Origin: an uncultured delta proteobacterium
GTDB lineage: Bacteria; Desulfobacterota; Desulfomonilia; UBA1062
Reading direction: 5' to 3'
DNA length: 64,000 nucleotides
Assembly (NCBI GenBank): GCA_963798485.1
Contig: CAWCTR010000014.1
Span: 256,001-320,000, forward strand
Below the pieces are notes generated by a model. It ran no database searches and was not told the DNA's origin. It worked only from the letters and a program-made list of their open reading frames with translations. The position numbers were made by a program, and so were the translations under genes. The stretch's first letter is position 1. Each line of letters begins with the position of its first letter. Of this stretch, positions 1 through 10,066 are shown in pieces.

Positions 1-375
1 CACATGGGATATGCGTTTTTTTCCCTGGAGGTGATGGGCGAGGATCGGGTGAAGAAATTCGTCCGTATGGATATGACCCTTCATCAGGGCCTTGACCTCA
101 CCCTTTTCAAAGAGCTCTACGCCCTTCTCGGCCATTGCATCCTCAACCGGGGCATGGATAATACGGAATTGCCTTGTGCAGGTGATGGTCTTCAAAATAT
201 TTCGAATACTGTTTTCATCCCCGATTAAAATGGGATCCACATAACCGGCTTCGGCTGCCTCGCATGCGCCTTCCAGCACATGCCGCTCATCCGCATCTAT
301 GACGGCAATGGGCATGGCAGGAAGACCTTGGACAGCCTTAAGCATGTCCTCAAATGTGGCAAATTCAACGCTCAT
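1..375 (-). CDS. Phosphate acetyl/butyryltransferase, N-terminal part (runs off window edge)
   Basis: Not in the ORF track; translated by hand from ATG at 375 (ATGA overlap with ackA stop): MSVEFATFEDML...VLEGACEA...ALMKGHIHTDEFLHPIL...RISHV, typical of the Pta/Ptb family. Confidence 0.85.
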   Translation of the reverse strand, partial: MSVEFATFEDMLKAVQGLPAMPIAVIDADERHVLEGACEAAEAGYVDPILIGDENSIRNILKTITCTRQFRIIHAPVEDAMAEKGVELFEKGEVKALMKGHIHTDEFLHPILAHHLQGKKRISHV

Positions 376-1559
376 GGTTTATCTCCCTGCCTGCCTTTTA
401 AGAGTAGCGCCCGGGTATGCCGGGCAATCATCAGGTCCTCGTTGGTGGGAATAACCCGCACGGTGCAGTGACTATTGTCTCCAGAGATGATTCCTGCATC
501 GGTATCGTTATTCATGGGGTCGATACGTATTCCAAGATAATCGAGGCCGTGGCAGATCATCCACCTTACCGGTGCGGCCCTTTCGCCTATACCTCCGGTG
601 AACACCAGGGTATCCAGGCCGCCGAGGACGGCGGACAGTGCTCCGATATACTTGCGTGCCGTGTAGCAGAAAAGCTCTATAGCCTCTGTGGCATGAGGTT
701 CCGTGGTGCGCTGATCCAGGAGGGTTTTCATATCGGAGCTGATCCCGGAGACCCCGATGAGCCCTGAACGCTGGTAGAGCAGCCTTTCAAGCTGGCGGGC
801 ATCATAGCCTTTTTCGTCCATGAGGTAGAGCATGATGCCCGGATCGAGATCACCGCATCTCGTGCCCATCATGAGCCCCCCCAAGCCGGAGAACCCCATG
901 GTGGTGTCCTGGGGGTGTCCGTCTTTCAGGGCTGCCATGCTGGCGCCGCTGCCAAGATGGGCAATGATGACCAGTCCTTTCGTATCGTTGCCCAGAGCAC
1001 TGACTATATATTCATAGGAAAGACCATGGAACCCGTAGCGGTGTATTCCCTCGTGCCGGAGGCTGCGAACTATCGGCAGCCACTGGGCCACCTCAGGTAT
1101 CCGCCGGTGAAAGGCGGTATCGAAGCAGACCACTTGGCTAAGTTCCGGGTAGTGCCCGGCTACTGCATCGATGCCTTTGATCTCGCTGGGCAGGTGCAAG
1201 GGGGCCAGGGGGATGAGGCCTCTCAGGGTGAGCATCAGTTCCGGCGTCACCACTTCGGGGGCCATGTGTTTCGGCCCTCCATGGACCAGCCTGTGTCCGA
1301 CCCCATCCGGAGACGGAAAATGTTGTTCCTCAATGGCTATGGTGAACATCGCCTTGACTGCCTCTTTGTGGTCGGAGAAATCTGCGTGACTGTCCACAAG
1401 GCGTTTACCCTGGCCATCCTTCAGCCAGAGCCAGCCGCCTAGCAGACCGATCCGTTCCACCGCCCCTTCGGCTATGAGTCTTTCGGTTGTATCGATAAGG
1501 TACATGGCAAACTTCATGGATGAAGAGCCGCTGTTGATGCAGAGAATATGATGTTTCAT
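372..1559 (-). CDS. ackA: Acetate/propionate kinase
   Basis: INSGSSSMKF, GHRLVHGG, APLH, FDTAFH, YGFHGLSY, HLGSGAS, FTGGIGE, TNEDLMIA motifs. Confidence 0.95.
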   Translation of the reverse strand: MKHHILCINSGSSSMKFAMYLIDTTERLIAEGAVERIGLLGGWLWLKDGQGKRLVDSHADFSDHKEAVKAMFTIAIEEQHFPSPDGVGHRLVHGGPKHMAPEVVTPELMLTLRGLIPLAPLHLPSEIKGIDAVAGHYPELSQVVCFDTAFHRRIPEVAQWLPIVRSLRHEGIHRYGFHGLSYEYIVSALGNDTKGLVIIAHLGSGASMAALKDGHPQDTTMGFSGLGGLMMGTRCGDLDPGIMLYLMDEKGYDARQLERLLYQRSGLIGVSGISSDMKTLLDQRTTEPHATEAIELFCYTARKYIGALSAVLGGLDTLVFTGGIGERAAPVRWMICHGLDYLGIRIDPMNNDTDAGIISGDNSHCTVRVIPTNEDLMIARHTRALLLKGRQGDKP

Positions 1560-1626
1560 GTAATCATCCTTGCCGGCATTTAATCATGCTGCAATGACAC
1601 GGAGCGCGGCCCCATGACGAACCTGT

Positions 1627-1829
1627 TTATTCCTTGTTGTTCGTAATGACAAAGTGGTCTCTTCTGTTCTTTGCCCAGGCCTCTTCGTTATTCCCCGGGT
1701 CAAGGGGTTTTTCCTTCCCGTAGCTTATCGTAGAGATCCGTCCATCGGCTCTTTCTTTGCACAGCCGACCATAAGGAATCCAAACCCTACGGTCAACACG
1801 ACTAATGTTGCCAACCAAGACCTTTTCAT
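1627..1829 (-). pseudogene. pal: Pal (peptidoglycan-associated lipoprotein) remnant with internal deletion/frameshift
   Basis: GGAGG + ATG at 1829 gives lipoprotein signal [28 protein letters not shown], then stop; another frame gives the Pal/OmpA C-terminus [30 protein letters not shown]. Confidence 0.75.
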
Positions 1830-1886
1830 TGTTTTCCTCCTATGTTTTATGAAGTGACCTTTTATTCCGTAAGGCTGCTCCCTTAC

Positions 1887-2249
1887 TTATTGCGGAGGAA
1901 CAGACGTGTTGAATGTGTAAGAAACAACAACTCCATTTTTATCGAATCGTACTACGAGGTCTTTTGTGTATGTTCCGCTGAATAGCCAGTAGTTATACAT
2001 CCCATAAGTCCATGTCTGCCGGCCATCTTCGATTCCGACCCGCCATGGCGGTCCAAACATGGAACGGATCTCTTTCTGCGTAGTCACATTCATCTGTATC
2101 GTAGACACCTTCTCATCCGGGAAATCACGGCCGATAGTGGCGCAAGAAGCCATAAACAGCATAATCACAACTATAAAACACCAGAAGACCTCACGCAGGA
2201 AATTACCATTCCCCTTAGAATAAACAGACAATGAATGATAGTTATTCAT
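1887..2249 (-). CDS. SmpA/OmlA (BamE-like) outer-membrane lipoprotein
   Basis: Lipobox MASC; TTQKEIRSMFGPP...WTY...DLVVRFDKNGVV pattern. Confidence 0.7.
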   Translation of the reverse strand: MNNYHSLSVYSKGNGNFLREVFWCFIVVIMLFMASCATIGRDFPDEKVSTIQMNVTTQKEIRSMFGPPWRVGIEDGRQTWTYGMYNYWLFSGTYTKDLVVRFDKNGVVVSYTFNTSVPPQ

Positions 2250-2540
2250 TTTGCTTTTTCTCCATTAAACAATCGTTATCTTCAATGTCAGTTGCTTAAT
2301 TATGCCCATGATGGGTAAGTTACACCGCAATCTTTGGCAGATTTTAGTGAGACTCCCTGAGGCAAGCCGCAATGTATTCTACAAAGGTTTTTGATAAATT
2401 AATAAACTTGATTTATCATTTGTCAAGGTAAGCATAGTTATAGTTATAATAATATGCAGCACAAAGACCTGCCGCACATCTGCCATATATCTTGACTGTG
2501 TTGTTATGAGACTTAATATTATGCCACAAAGGAGATTCCA

Positions 2541-4028
2541 ATGAAGAGATATCATATTTATGCAGTGGCAGGTATCATGTTCTTTACAGTATCATTCTCT
2601 GCATGCGCAAAGGAGAATGCAGCCTCCCCAGACACAGGAATAAAGCAGGCCGCCCCAGTTACTGCTCTTGCTTCTTCTCAGAACAAGATAAATCAGGGCA
2701 GCAACGCAAACAACTTCCGGAATGCCATAATTAACGTCACAAATAAAATTATACCTTCAGTAGCGCACATCGAAGTGACCCAGAGCCAGGAGGTCCAGAA
2801 TCCTTTCATGCCGTTCGAAGGTGATCCGTTCTTCAAGAGGTTCTTTGACTCTCCCCAGGTACCAAAGAAGTTCAAGAGGGAGTTGAAGGGCATCGGAACA
2901 GGAATGATCATCAACCAGGATGGCTATATTCTGACAAACAATCATGTCGTAGCAGGAGCAACCCAGATACAGGTGACCCTGCCTGATGAGAGCCAGTACG
3001 AGGCCAAGGTCGTCGGCACCGACCCAAAGACCGATTTGGCGGTTATAAAGGTCAATACAAATAAAAAGCTCCCCTATGTAACCTTCGGCGATTCCGACAA
3101 GGTGCAGGTGGGGGAATGGGTAGTGGCCATAGGCCATCCCAGGGGCCTTGATCAAACCGTGACACAAGGAATAATCAGCGCCAAGCACAGGCAGGGGATA
3201 ACCGACCCCAACACATACCAGGACTTCCTCCAGACCGATGCGGCGATAAACCCCGGAAACAGTGGTGGTCCGCTGCTCAACCTTGATGGACAGGTCATTG
3301 GGGTAAATTCCATCATTGCTTCGCAATCAGGAGGCTCCGAAGGCCTGGGGTTTGCCATACCGAGTAACATGGCCGTCCATATAGCGAACGAACTGATGAC
3401 AACAGGGAAGATCCATCGGGGCTGGCTCGGTTTATCTCTCCAGGATATTGCATTTGATAAGATGAAGGCCCTCAAGCTCACCTCGACAAAGGGCACCGTG
3501 GTGATGGATGTGGTGCAGGGAGGGCCTGCGGACAAGGCCGGCATGAAAAAAGATGACGTAATCATATCGTACAATGGAACGGATATTCATGATTCCGGTG
3601 AATTGAGGAACCTTGTCGGCAACACAACCATTGGGAAAGAAGTGAGTATCGGCATACTCCGTGACGGAAGGAAACAGACAATAACGGTAAAAATCGGCAA
3701 TCTCGAGGACGCATCCAAGATGATGGCCTCATCTGTAAGAGACAAACTGGGCGTGGATGTGAGACCGGTAACGGAAAAAGAAACGAACAGATACGGTATT
3801 GAAAAGGATCAGGGGGTTGCAATCAAGTGGCTCGATGCGAAAGGTCCGCTTGCCAAGGCAGGATTTGAGATTGATGATGTTATCCTCCGGATTAACGATC
3901 AGCCCATTGACGGCATGGAGAAATTCGTATCCATGCTAAGCGCCCTGCAACCTCACCAGCATGTCACCATCCTTGTAGTCGACCACCGGTCCGGCCAGAC
4001 CGGTACTATTCAAGTGGAGGTGCGGTAA
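2541..4028 (+). CDS. Do/DegP/DegQ family periplasmic serine protease with two PDZ domains
   Basis: Signal peptide; TNNHVV, TDLAV, QTDAAINPGNSGGPL catalytic motifs; C-terminal PDZ domains. Confidence 0.95.
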   Translation: MKRYHIYAVAGIMFFTVSFSACAKENAASPDTGIKQAAPVTALASSQNKINQGSNANNFRNAIINVTNKIIPSVAHIEVTQSQEVQNPFMPFEGDPFFKRFFDSPQVPKKFKRELKGIGTGMIINQDGYILTNNHVVAGATQIQVTLPDESQYEAKVVGTDPKTDLAVIKVNTNKKLPYVTFGDSDKVQVGEWVVAIGHPRGLDQTVTQGIISAKHRQGITDPNTYQDFLQTDAAINPGNSGGPLLNLDGQVIGVNSIIASQSGGSEGLGFAIPSNMAVHIANELMTTGKIHRGWLGLSLQDIAFDKMKALKLTSTKGTVVMDVVQGGPADKAGMKKDDVIISYNGTDIHDSGELRNLVGNTTIGKEVSIGILRDGRKQTITVKIGNLEDASKMMASSVRDKLGVDVRPVTEKETNRYGIEKDQGVAIKWLDAKGPLAKAGFEIDDVILRINDQPIDGMEKFVSMLSALQPHQHVTILVVDHRSGQTGTIQVEVR

Positions 4029-4051
4029 TAATAACCCCATGGTAAGAACTT

Positions 4052-6742
4052 ATGCATTTCTTTAGGCGCGGGTTAAAGGCGTTCCGGGTATTTCTGATCC
4101 TGACAATATATGCCGCAATTACCTGGAACCCCAATCTCCGGGCTGCCGATCAGGAAGAAGGGGTAGTCAGGGCGACCCTTGATAACGGACTGCGTGTAGT
4201 TATAGTTCGTAATCAACTTGCTTCGGCAGTGACGACCGTCATCAATTATCTCGCAGGTTCGAATGAAGCCCAAAAAGGGTTCCCGGGCATGGCGCATGCG
4301 CAGGAGCATATGATGTTCCGGGGCAGCCCCGGACTCTCGGCAGGTCAGCTGGCAAACATAACGGCTGCCATGGGAGGAGATTTCGATGCGGATACCAGGC
4401 AGCATGTGACCCAGTATTTTTTCACCGTACCGGCAGAAGACCTGGATGTTGCCTTGCACATAGAGGCTATCCGTATGAGTGGTGTCCTGGACAGCGAACA
4501 ACTATGGAAACAGGAAAGAGGCGCTATAGAACAGGAGGTGGCCCAGGACCTCTCCAGTCCGGGATATATTTTTTATACCCGGCTCCTTGCAGCCATGTTC
4601 AAAGGCACGCCATACGAACACGACGCCCTGGGAACCCGCGCATCCTTTGACAAGACCACAGGGGCCATGCTCAAGAAGTTCTACCGGACCTGGTATGTAC
4701 CCAACAATGCCATCATGGTGATCGTCGGCAATGTGAAGCCCCAGGACACCCTGGCTGAAGTGAAGAGGCTCTTCAGCAATATACCTGCTCGGAAACTCCC
4801 GCCTAGGCCAGTTGTCAAATTGAATCCCGTCGAAGCCACGACCATCTCTCTGAAAACCGACGAACCCTATGGCACGGTAATAGCTGCTTTCCGAATGCCG
4901 GGATACGACAATCCGGATTATGCTGCTGCCAAAGTGCTGGCTGATGTTCTGGACAGCCGGCGGGGAAGTCTGTATGAACTGGTCACCCAAGGGAAGGCAT
5001 TGGATACCGGGTTTCAGGTTGAAGGCCTGCCCAAGGCCGGGCTCGGCTATGCTGTTGCGGAATTTCCCCAGGGAGCCGATGCGAAGGCACTGAGCGAGGA
5101 ACTGGTGAAAATCCTGTCGTCATTAAAGAAAACAGGCGTTCCAGCGGATCTGGTGAAAGCTGCCAAACGGCATAAAGTAACGGATGCGGAACTGGAGAAA
5201 AATTCGGTTTCCGGGCTGGCCATGGCCTGGTCAAGGGCACTGGCCCTCGAGGGCAGACGATCCCCCGATGATGACGTGAACGCCATAAATAGAGTCACCG
5301 TGGAAGACGTGAACCGGGTAGCTCGCATGTACCTGGACCAGGAACACTCCATAACAGCAATCCTCACTCCTGTTCCTTCGGGTAAGCCTGTTTCTACCAA
5401 AGGATTTGGAGGCAAAGAGTCTTTCGCTCCTGAACAGGTCAAGCCTGTCAAGCTTCCCGAATGGGCGGATAAATCGCTGAAGAGGCTCACCATTCCCGGC
5501 TCCACTCTGAATCCTGCCGTTCATTTCATGCCCAATGGAATCACGCTCATCGTGCAGCCTGTATCCGTGAGCAATACCGTTACTGTATACGGCCATATAA
5601 AAAATAGACCTGAGTTGGAAGTGTCTGCCGGAAAGGAAGGCGTAGATGAAGTAGTCGATAAGCTCTTCCCCTTCGGGACCACGTCCCTCGACCGGCAGGC
5701 ATTCCTGAAGGCTCTGGATGAAATTGGCGCGAATGCATCTGCCGGTACGGATTTCACCCTTCAGGTATCTGCAGATCAATTCGACCGTGGCATACAGCTC
5801 CTGGCAGATAATGAGTTGCGCCCGGCGTTGCCTGAAAAGGATTTTGAAATTATACGGCAGCAGGTGGCCGGGATCGTTGCAGGCCGACTGAGAAGCCCCG
5901 AGTATCTTACAGACAGGGCTGTCAAGAAGGCCCTTTATCCTGAACAAGATCCGACCCAGCGGCAGGCCGTGCCCGCAACGGTGACGTCTCTGACCATTCA
6001 GGATGTGAGGGACTATTACCATAAGGCCTTTCGTCCGGACCTGACAACCATCGTGGTCATCGGCAAGGTCGAGCCGGATCAGGCTGAAAAGGTCATTGAG
6101 AAGTATTTCGGCGGATGGAAGTCCTTGGAGGAGCCTAAGCCTGATACCATCCTGTCTTCCGTGCCTGCCAACAAACCATCGAGCACTGTCGTACCGAATG
6201 CAAGCAGGGTCCAGGACAAGGTTATTCTGGCTGAAACCCTTGGTATCAACCGGTCCAATGCGGATTATTACGCCCTGCAACTAGGCAACCACGTTCTTGG
6301 CGGGGCCTTTTATGCCACCCGCTTGTACAAGGATCTGAGGGAGAATGCCGGCCTCGTGTATTTTGTATCTTCATCTTTTGAAGTGAACCGGTCACGCGCA
6401 CTCTATGTGGTCGAATATGCCTGCGATCCGTTGAATGTGAGCAAGGCAAGGGCTATTGTAGAGCGCAACCTGAAGGATATGCAGAATATCCAGGTGAGTT
6501 CGGATGAACTGCAACAGGCCAAGGCATTGCTGCTCCGGGAGATCCCCCTATCTGAATCGAGTGTGGATTACTTAGCCTTGGGATTTATACAACGGACCGA
6601 CCTGGATCTGCCATTGGATGAGCCGACCAGGGCCGCGCAGCGTTATGTGAAGATCACTGCAGAGCAAGTTAAGGAGGCTTATTCTAAATGGCTTCGACCT
6701 GATAACTTGATCCAGGTGACCGAAGGACCGAATCCTCGGTAG
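4052..6742 (+). CDS. M16 family zinc peptidase (two-half fusion, exported)
   Basis: HAQEH inverted zinc motif (HXXEH), duplicated M16 halves, RLYKDLRENAGLVY. Confidence 0.92.
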   Translation: MHFFRRGLKAFRVFLILTIYAAITWNPNLRAADQEEGVVRATLDNGLRVVIVRNQLASAVTTVINYLAGSNEAQKGFPGMAHAQEHMMFRGSPGLSAGQLANITAAMGGDFDADTRQHVTQYFFTVPAEDLDVALHIEAIRMSGVLDSEQLWKQERGAIEQEVAQDLSSPGYIFYTRLLAAMFKGTPYEHDALGTRASFDKTTGAMLKKFYRTWYVPNNAIMVIVGNVKPQDTLAEVKRLFSNIPARKLPPRPVVKLNPVEATTISLKTDEPYGTVIAAFRMPGYDNPDYAAAKVLADVLDSRRGSLYELVTQGKALDTGFQVEGLPKAGLGYAVAEFPQGADAKALSEELVKILSSLKKTGVPADLVKAAKRHKVTDAELEKNSVSGLAMAWSRALALEGRRSPDDDVNAINRVTVEDVNRVARMYLDQEHSITAILTPVPSGKPVSTKGFGGKESFAPEQVKPVKLPEWADKSLKRLTIPGSTLNPAVHFMPNGITLIVQPVSVSNTVTVYGHIKNRPELEVSAGKEGVDEVVDKLFPFGTTSLDRQAFLKALDEIGANASAGTDFTLQVSADQFDRGIQLLADNELRPALPEKDFEIIRQQVAGIVAGRLRSPEYLTDRAVKKALYPEQDPTQRQAVPATVTSLTIQDVRDYYHKAFRPDLTTIVVIGKVEPDQAEKVIEKYFGGWKSLEEPKPDTILSSVPANKPSSTVVPNASRVQDKVILAETLGINRSNADYYALQLGNHVLGGAFYATRLYKDLRENAGLVYFVSSSFEVNRSRALYVVEYACDPLNVSKARAIVERNLKDMQNIQVSSDELQQAKALLLREIPLSESSVDYLALGFIQRTDLDLPLDEPTRAAQRYVKITAEQVKEAYSKWLRPDNLIQVTEGPNPR

Positions 6743-6768
6743 AGCAAGATGGTATCCTCCTTGTGGGA

Positions 6769-7419
6769 TTATTTCCCGGGCAGGATTTTTTTGCCAAACC
6801 TTGATATTGCATCCCCCATGCTTTTCAGGCTCTTGCCGACCTCTTCGGATACATATCCAGTGCCTTGGACAAGTTTGCCGGAGATCTCGCGTCCTGTTCT
6901 GACGGCTTCAGATGAGCCAGTGTCAAGTTTATGGCCTGACCAATTTGCAGCCTGCTCCATATGCTCTGCCGCTGAATTAAGCGCATGACCGGCCTCTTTT
7001 GTTTCTTTCTTGGACCATGAATCTGATGCCTTAAGATAGTAATTATTGGCTAAAGCATGTTCAGCCCTGGAGAATGCATCTTTTAGATTTTTGTCTGATT
7101 TAACAGCCCCTTTTTCTATATCATCAGCCATCTTGCCCAGTTCCTGGATAGAGGCCGTTAACTCTTTTTTCCCTTCACCATTGGCAGATTGTGCCTCTTT
7201 CTTTAAAAAAGCCGAACCCTTTCGTATTTCATCAGCAGACGCCTTAAACTCCTTTTTAAGAAAGGACTCATGGGCCTTTTGAAAGTCGACCTTTGGCCCT
7301 CCTGTCTTGCTTTGGGTCTCTATTGCAGTCTGAGAGTAAGCTACAGGGGCAACAGCCACTTGACTAAAGACAATAGATGCAAACAACCCTGCCACCAAAA
7401 TAATTTTGTGTATCATCAT
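6769..7419 (-). CDS. Exported alpha-helical hypothetical protein with an internal repeat
   Basis: Signal peptide; two similar A..(F/W).KKE.K.A segments; SD AGGAGG upstream. Confidence 0.7.
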   Translation of the reverse strand: MMIHKIILVAGLFASIVFSQVAVAPVAYSQTAIETQSKTGGPKVDFQKAHESFLKKEFKASADEIRKGSAFLKKEAQSANGEGKKELTASIQELGKMADDIEKGAVKSDKNLKDAFSRAEHALANNYYLKASDSWSKKETKEAGHALNSAAEHMEQAANWSGHKLDTGSSEAVRTGREISGKLVQGTGYVSEEVGKSLKSMGDAISRFGKKILPGK

Positions 7420-7452
7420 GATACCTCCTTTTTATGTGATGGAGACATATGT

Positions 7453-8040
7453 TTAACGCTTTCCCCCTTTCCCGGCAATAGAATGAAGCATCCAGATCAC
7501 CAGGCCTGAGAGTATGATGGCTCCCATCACAATGAATTCATACTGTTTGATGTCATGAAGAAGAAGCTCGGCAGCATGTCCGAACACATATCCCAAGCTG
7601 GTTATTGCCAAGGCCCAGGTTAATCCGCCCAAGGTATTTAACGCTATAAACTTCCATGCAGGAATGCCGCTTGCACCGATGAGGAATGGGGTAATGGTGC
7701 GGATCCCATAGATGAACCTGAACAAGAGGATCACCAAAGTCTGATGTTGCTGCATCAGCCTCAGAACGCGTTCGGATTTTATCTTCCAGGAGTGGTGGGT
7801 ATCAAGATAAGCCATCCCCTTTTTCCGACCTATAAAAAAATAGAGCTGGTCACCGGCAAATGTACCTGCAAATGCAAACAGAACAACAAGAGAAAATGCG
7901 AGGTAACCACGGTGTGCCAAAAACCCGGCCAATATCAGTACGGTCTCACCTTCAAAGAAGGTGCCCAGCAGAATGACTAAATATCCGTAATGGATGATGA
8001 ATGCCTCAATCCCCATGGATGTTATTCCCCAATGCCACAT
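7453..8040 (-). CDS. DedA family membrane protein
   Basis: FFEGETVLILAG, GDQLYFFIGR, FRFIYGIR motifs. Confidence 0.92.
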   Translation of the reverse strand: MWHWGITSMGIEAFIIHYGYLVILLGTFFEGETVLILAGFLAHRGYLAFSLVVLFAFAGTFAGDQLYFFIGRKKGMAYLDTHHSWKIKSERVLRLMQQHQTLVILLFRFIYGIRTITPFLIGASGIPAWKFIALNTLGGLTWALAITSLGYVFGHAAELLLHDIKQYEFIVMGAIILSGLVIWMLHSIAGKGGKR

Positions 8041-8096
8041 TCTTTGAGCTTTTACATCTTATCAAATATTCTATAGATAGTTCTGGGATAAATCGA

Positions 8097-9548
8097 CTAG
8101 CCACCTTTTTCTACTTCAATGTTTACCATCACCATGGGTATTTGGTTGTCTTTGAATAATATATTGCTAGGGTATATGATTTTCACATTTATGGAATGAG
8201 AAACAGTAAACCCCGATAGATCAATGGGTTCGGTTGTTATAAAGATCTTACTCTCTTGTAACGAAGAGGGTGCAAGAACCACAACCGAATCCGGAGTTAC
8301 ACTAAGACCCTTGAGTACATACCCCTGAGGAAGGTGGCCGACTGTATCAATATTGATAGGGACCTTCCTCGGGACAAGTCGATGGGCAGCGATTGTAATT
8401 TTATCTGGATGAATCTTCATGAGCATCATATTTGAGGGAATGTCCACCATGTTCTCCGTGAGCTTGATGGTCTGTCTCCCCTCTGCCAATGAAGAGAGGT
8501 CTATGGATACCTTGAGGGTTTTGGGGTCAAGAAGACTGAAAGCTTGTGATGAACCCATCAAAGTCAGCGTAGCCTCATTAACTTTTGATTCTTCGGTTTC
8601 CAATTCATGGGATATATTTTGGTATACGATGGGGACGACATAATCCTGTTGTAGCGATTCCTTTTGGTATCCAAATACCAACCAAAGCCCGAGAGCGAGC
8701 ACGATTGCTAAAAACTTTTCTGCGGTATTTTGTCTGAACCAATAGCCCGAGAGTTTCCTGGTCTGCGCAATCAGCTTGTCCTCATAGTATTTCTCAATTA
8801 TAGTGCTGAGTTCTGTTGGGTTATTTAAGCACGTGAGCTCTCTGTTTAAAGCAACGGTGATGGTCCCTCTCTCTTCTGAAACAATAATGCATAGGGCATC
8901 GCTGCGCTCTGATAGTCCAAGGGCAGCTGTATGCCTCAGGCCAAGCACACCGAATTTCTCCGCATTAAGCGACAGGGGGAGATGGCACCCGAACCTTGCA
9001 ACGGTGTCTTTGTTGATGATGACCGCCCCGTCATGACCGACCGAGTGGACATCGAATATGCTTTCAAGAAGTGGTTTCGTTACCACTCCGCCAAGGGGGT
9101 ATCCACCTTTCATATGTCTCTCAAGTGGGTCCTGGCCCTGTAGAACGATGAGGGCACCGGTCTTTTTCAATGCAAACTCAGCTACACTCTCAATGATGGC
9201 CTCTATCATGCTGTTGTGAGCAGTATCCCTCTCTTTAGGAAACTTGCCAAAATATCGTAAGGATGCAATACGCTCGAAGAATCTCCTGATGTCCTCCTGA
9301 AAAATCACTACAAGCGCGATAATGAGAACCGTGAAGAAACCCTGAAGTGCAACAGTCGTGAGGTAAAGATTGAAAAGACGAGCAAGGATGTAGACACCTC
9401 CTAGAATGCTGATCCCCACAAAAACGAGGCGATACGCAGTAGTCTTGAACCAGATGAGGAGAAAGTAAATTAACGAGGTTATGATGAGTACGTCAAAGAA
9501 GTCCTGGATTCGGAAACTTTTGATAAAAGAAAAAACGATGCTTTTCAT
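8097..9548 (-). CDS. Diadenylate cyclase (CdaA-type, 3 TM + DAC) fused to TM + YbbR/CdaR domains
   Basis: VIFQEDIRRFFE, GALIV, HDGAVII, GLRHTAALGLSERSDALCIIVSEERG; C-terminal YbbR-like beta segments; probable start ATG 9548. Confidence 0.88.
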   Translation of the reverse strand: MKSIVFSFIKSFRIQDFFDVLIITSLIYFLLIWFKTTAYRLVFVGISILGGVYILARLFNLYLTTVALQGFFTVLIIALVVIFQEDIRRFFERIASLRYFGKFPKERDTAHNSMIEAIIESVAEFALKKTGALIVLQGQDPLERHMKGGYPLGGVVTKPLLESIFDVHSVGHDGAVIINKDTVARFGCHLPLSLNAEKFGVLGLRHTAALGLSERSDALCIIVSEERGTITVALNRELTCLNNPTELSTIIEKYYEDKLIAQTRKLSGYWFRQNTAEKFLAIVLALGLWLVFGYQKESLQQDYVVPIVYQNISHELETEESKVNEATLTLMGSSQAFSLLDPKTLKVSIDLSSLAEGRQTIKLTENMVDIPSNMMLMKIHPDKITIAAHRLVPRKVPINIDTVGHLPQGYVLKGLSVTPDSVVVLAPSSLQESKIFITTEPIDLSGFTVSHSINVKIIYPSNILFKDNQIPMVMVNIEVEKGG

Positions 9549-9574
9549 AAATAGTATGTGAACCCTTTTGATAT

Positions 9575-10066
9575 TCAGTTCAAAACCCAGTTCATCAGGA
9601 TACAATCAATAATGGCCCTGGCATTCTCTTTCACGCACGGGTCCATGGTGCTTCCCAGACGCGCGCACCGGATCTGAATGCCCACCAAATGAACCTCGCA
9701 GCTTAAGTCTTCCTCTATGAGCTGCGCGATAACCGTGATGGGAAAACGGTGCGTACTCAACGGTGCCTCATGCACGCGTGAATGGGAGAACGTCCGCACT
9801 TCGCCGGGCATGCCGTTGAAATCGGCGGCATCGATGATGACGGTCTTAGCGGGACGTGCCTCAAGTACACGGTGAAAGATCCTCTCAGGGCTGTCTCCGG
9901 CATTGATGATGATGATATTATCATGATCCGCAGGGAGATTTTCCGCTATGAAAACCCCGGCCCCGTCGTCTCCCCGCAGTGAATTACCCACCAGGACATA
10001 TGCCGTCCGGCCTGCATGGGCCGGGAGGAGTGCATTCCTTACCTCTTGGGACAGACTCTGGTTCAT
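9575..10066 (-). CDS. Hydrogenase maturation protease (HycI-like)
   Basis: VGNSLRGDDGAG, IIDAADF, LSTH motifs; ATGA overlap with large-subunit stop. Confidence 0.9.
   Translation of the reverse strand: MNQSLSQEVRNALLPAHAGRTAYVLVGNSLRGDDGAGVFIAENLPADHDNIIIINAGDSPERIFHRVLEARPAKTVIIDAADFNGMPGEVRTFSHSRVHEAPLSTHRFPITVIAQLIEEDLSCEVHLVGIQIRCARLGSTMDPCVKENARAIIDCILMNWVLN

Noticed and set aside
2353-2380. Degenerate CCCTGAGGCAAGCCGC palindrome (IS200/605-type end?)
   Set aside because: Arms pair poorly, single copy, no transposase nearby
5231-6280. 349-aa minus-strand ORF
   Set aside because: Antisense to the M16 peptidase; no recognisable domain
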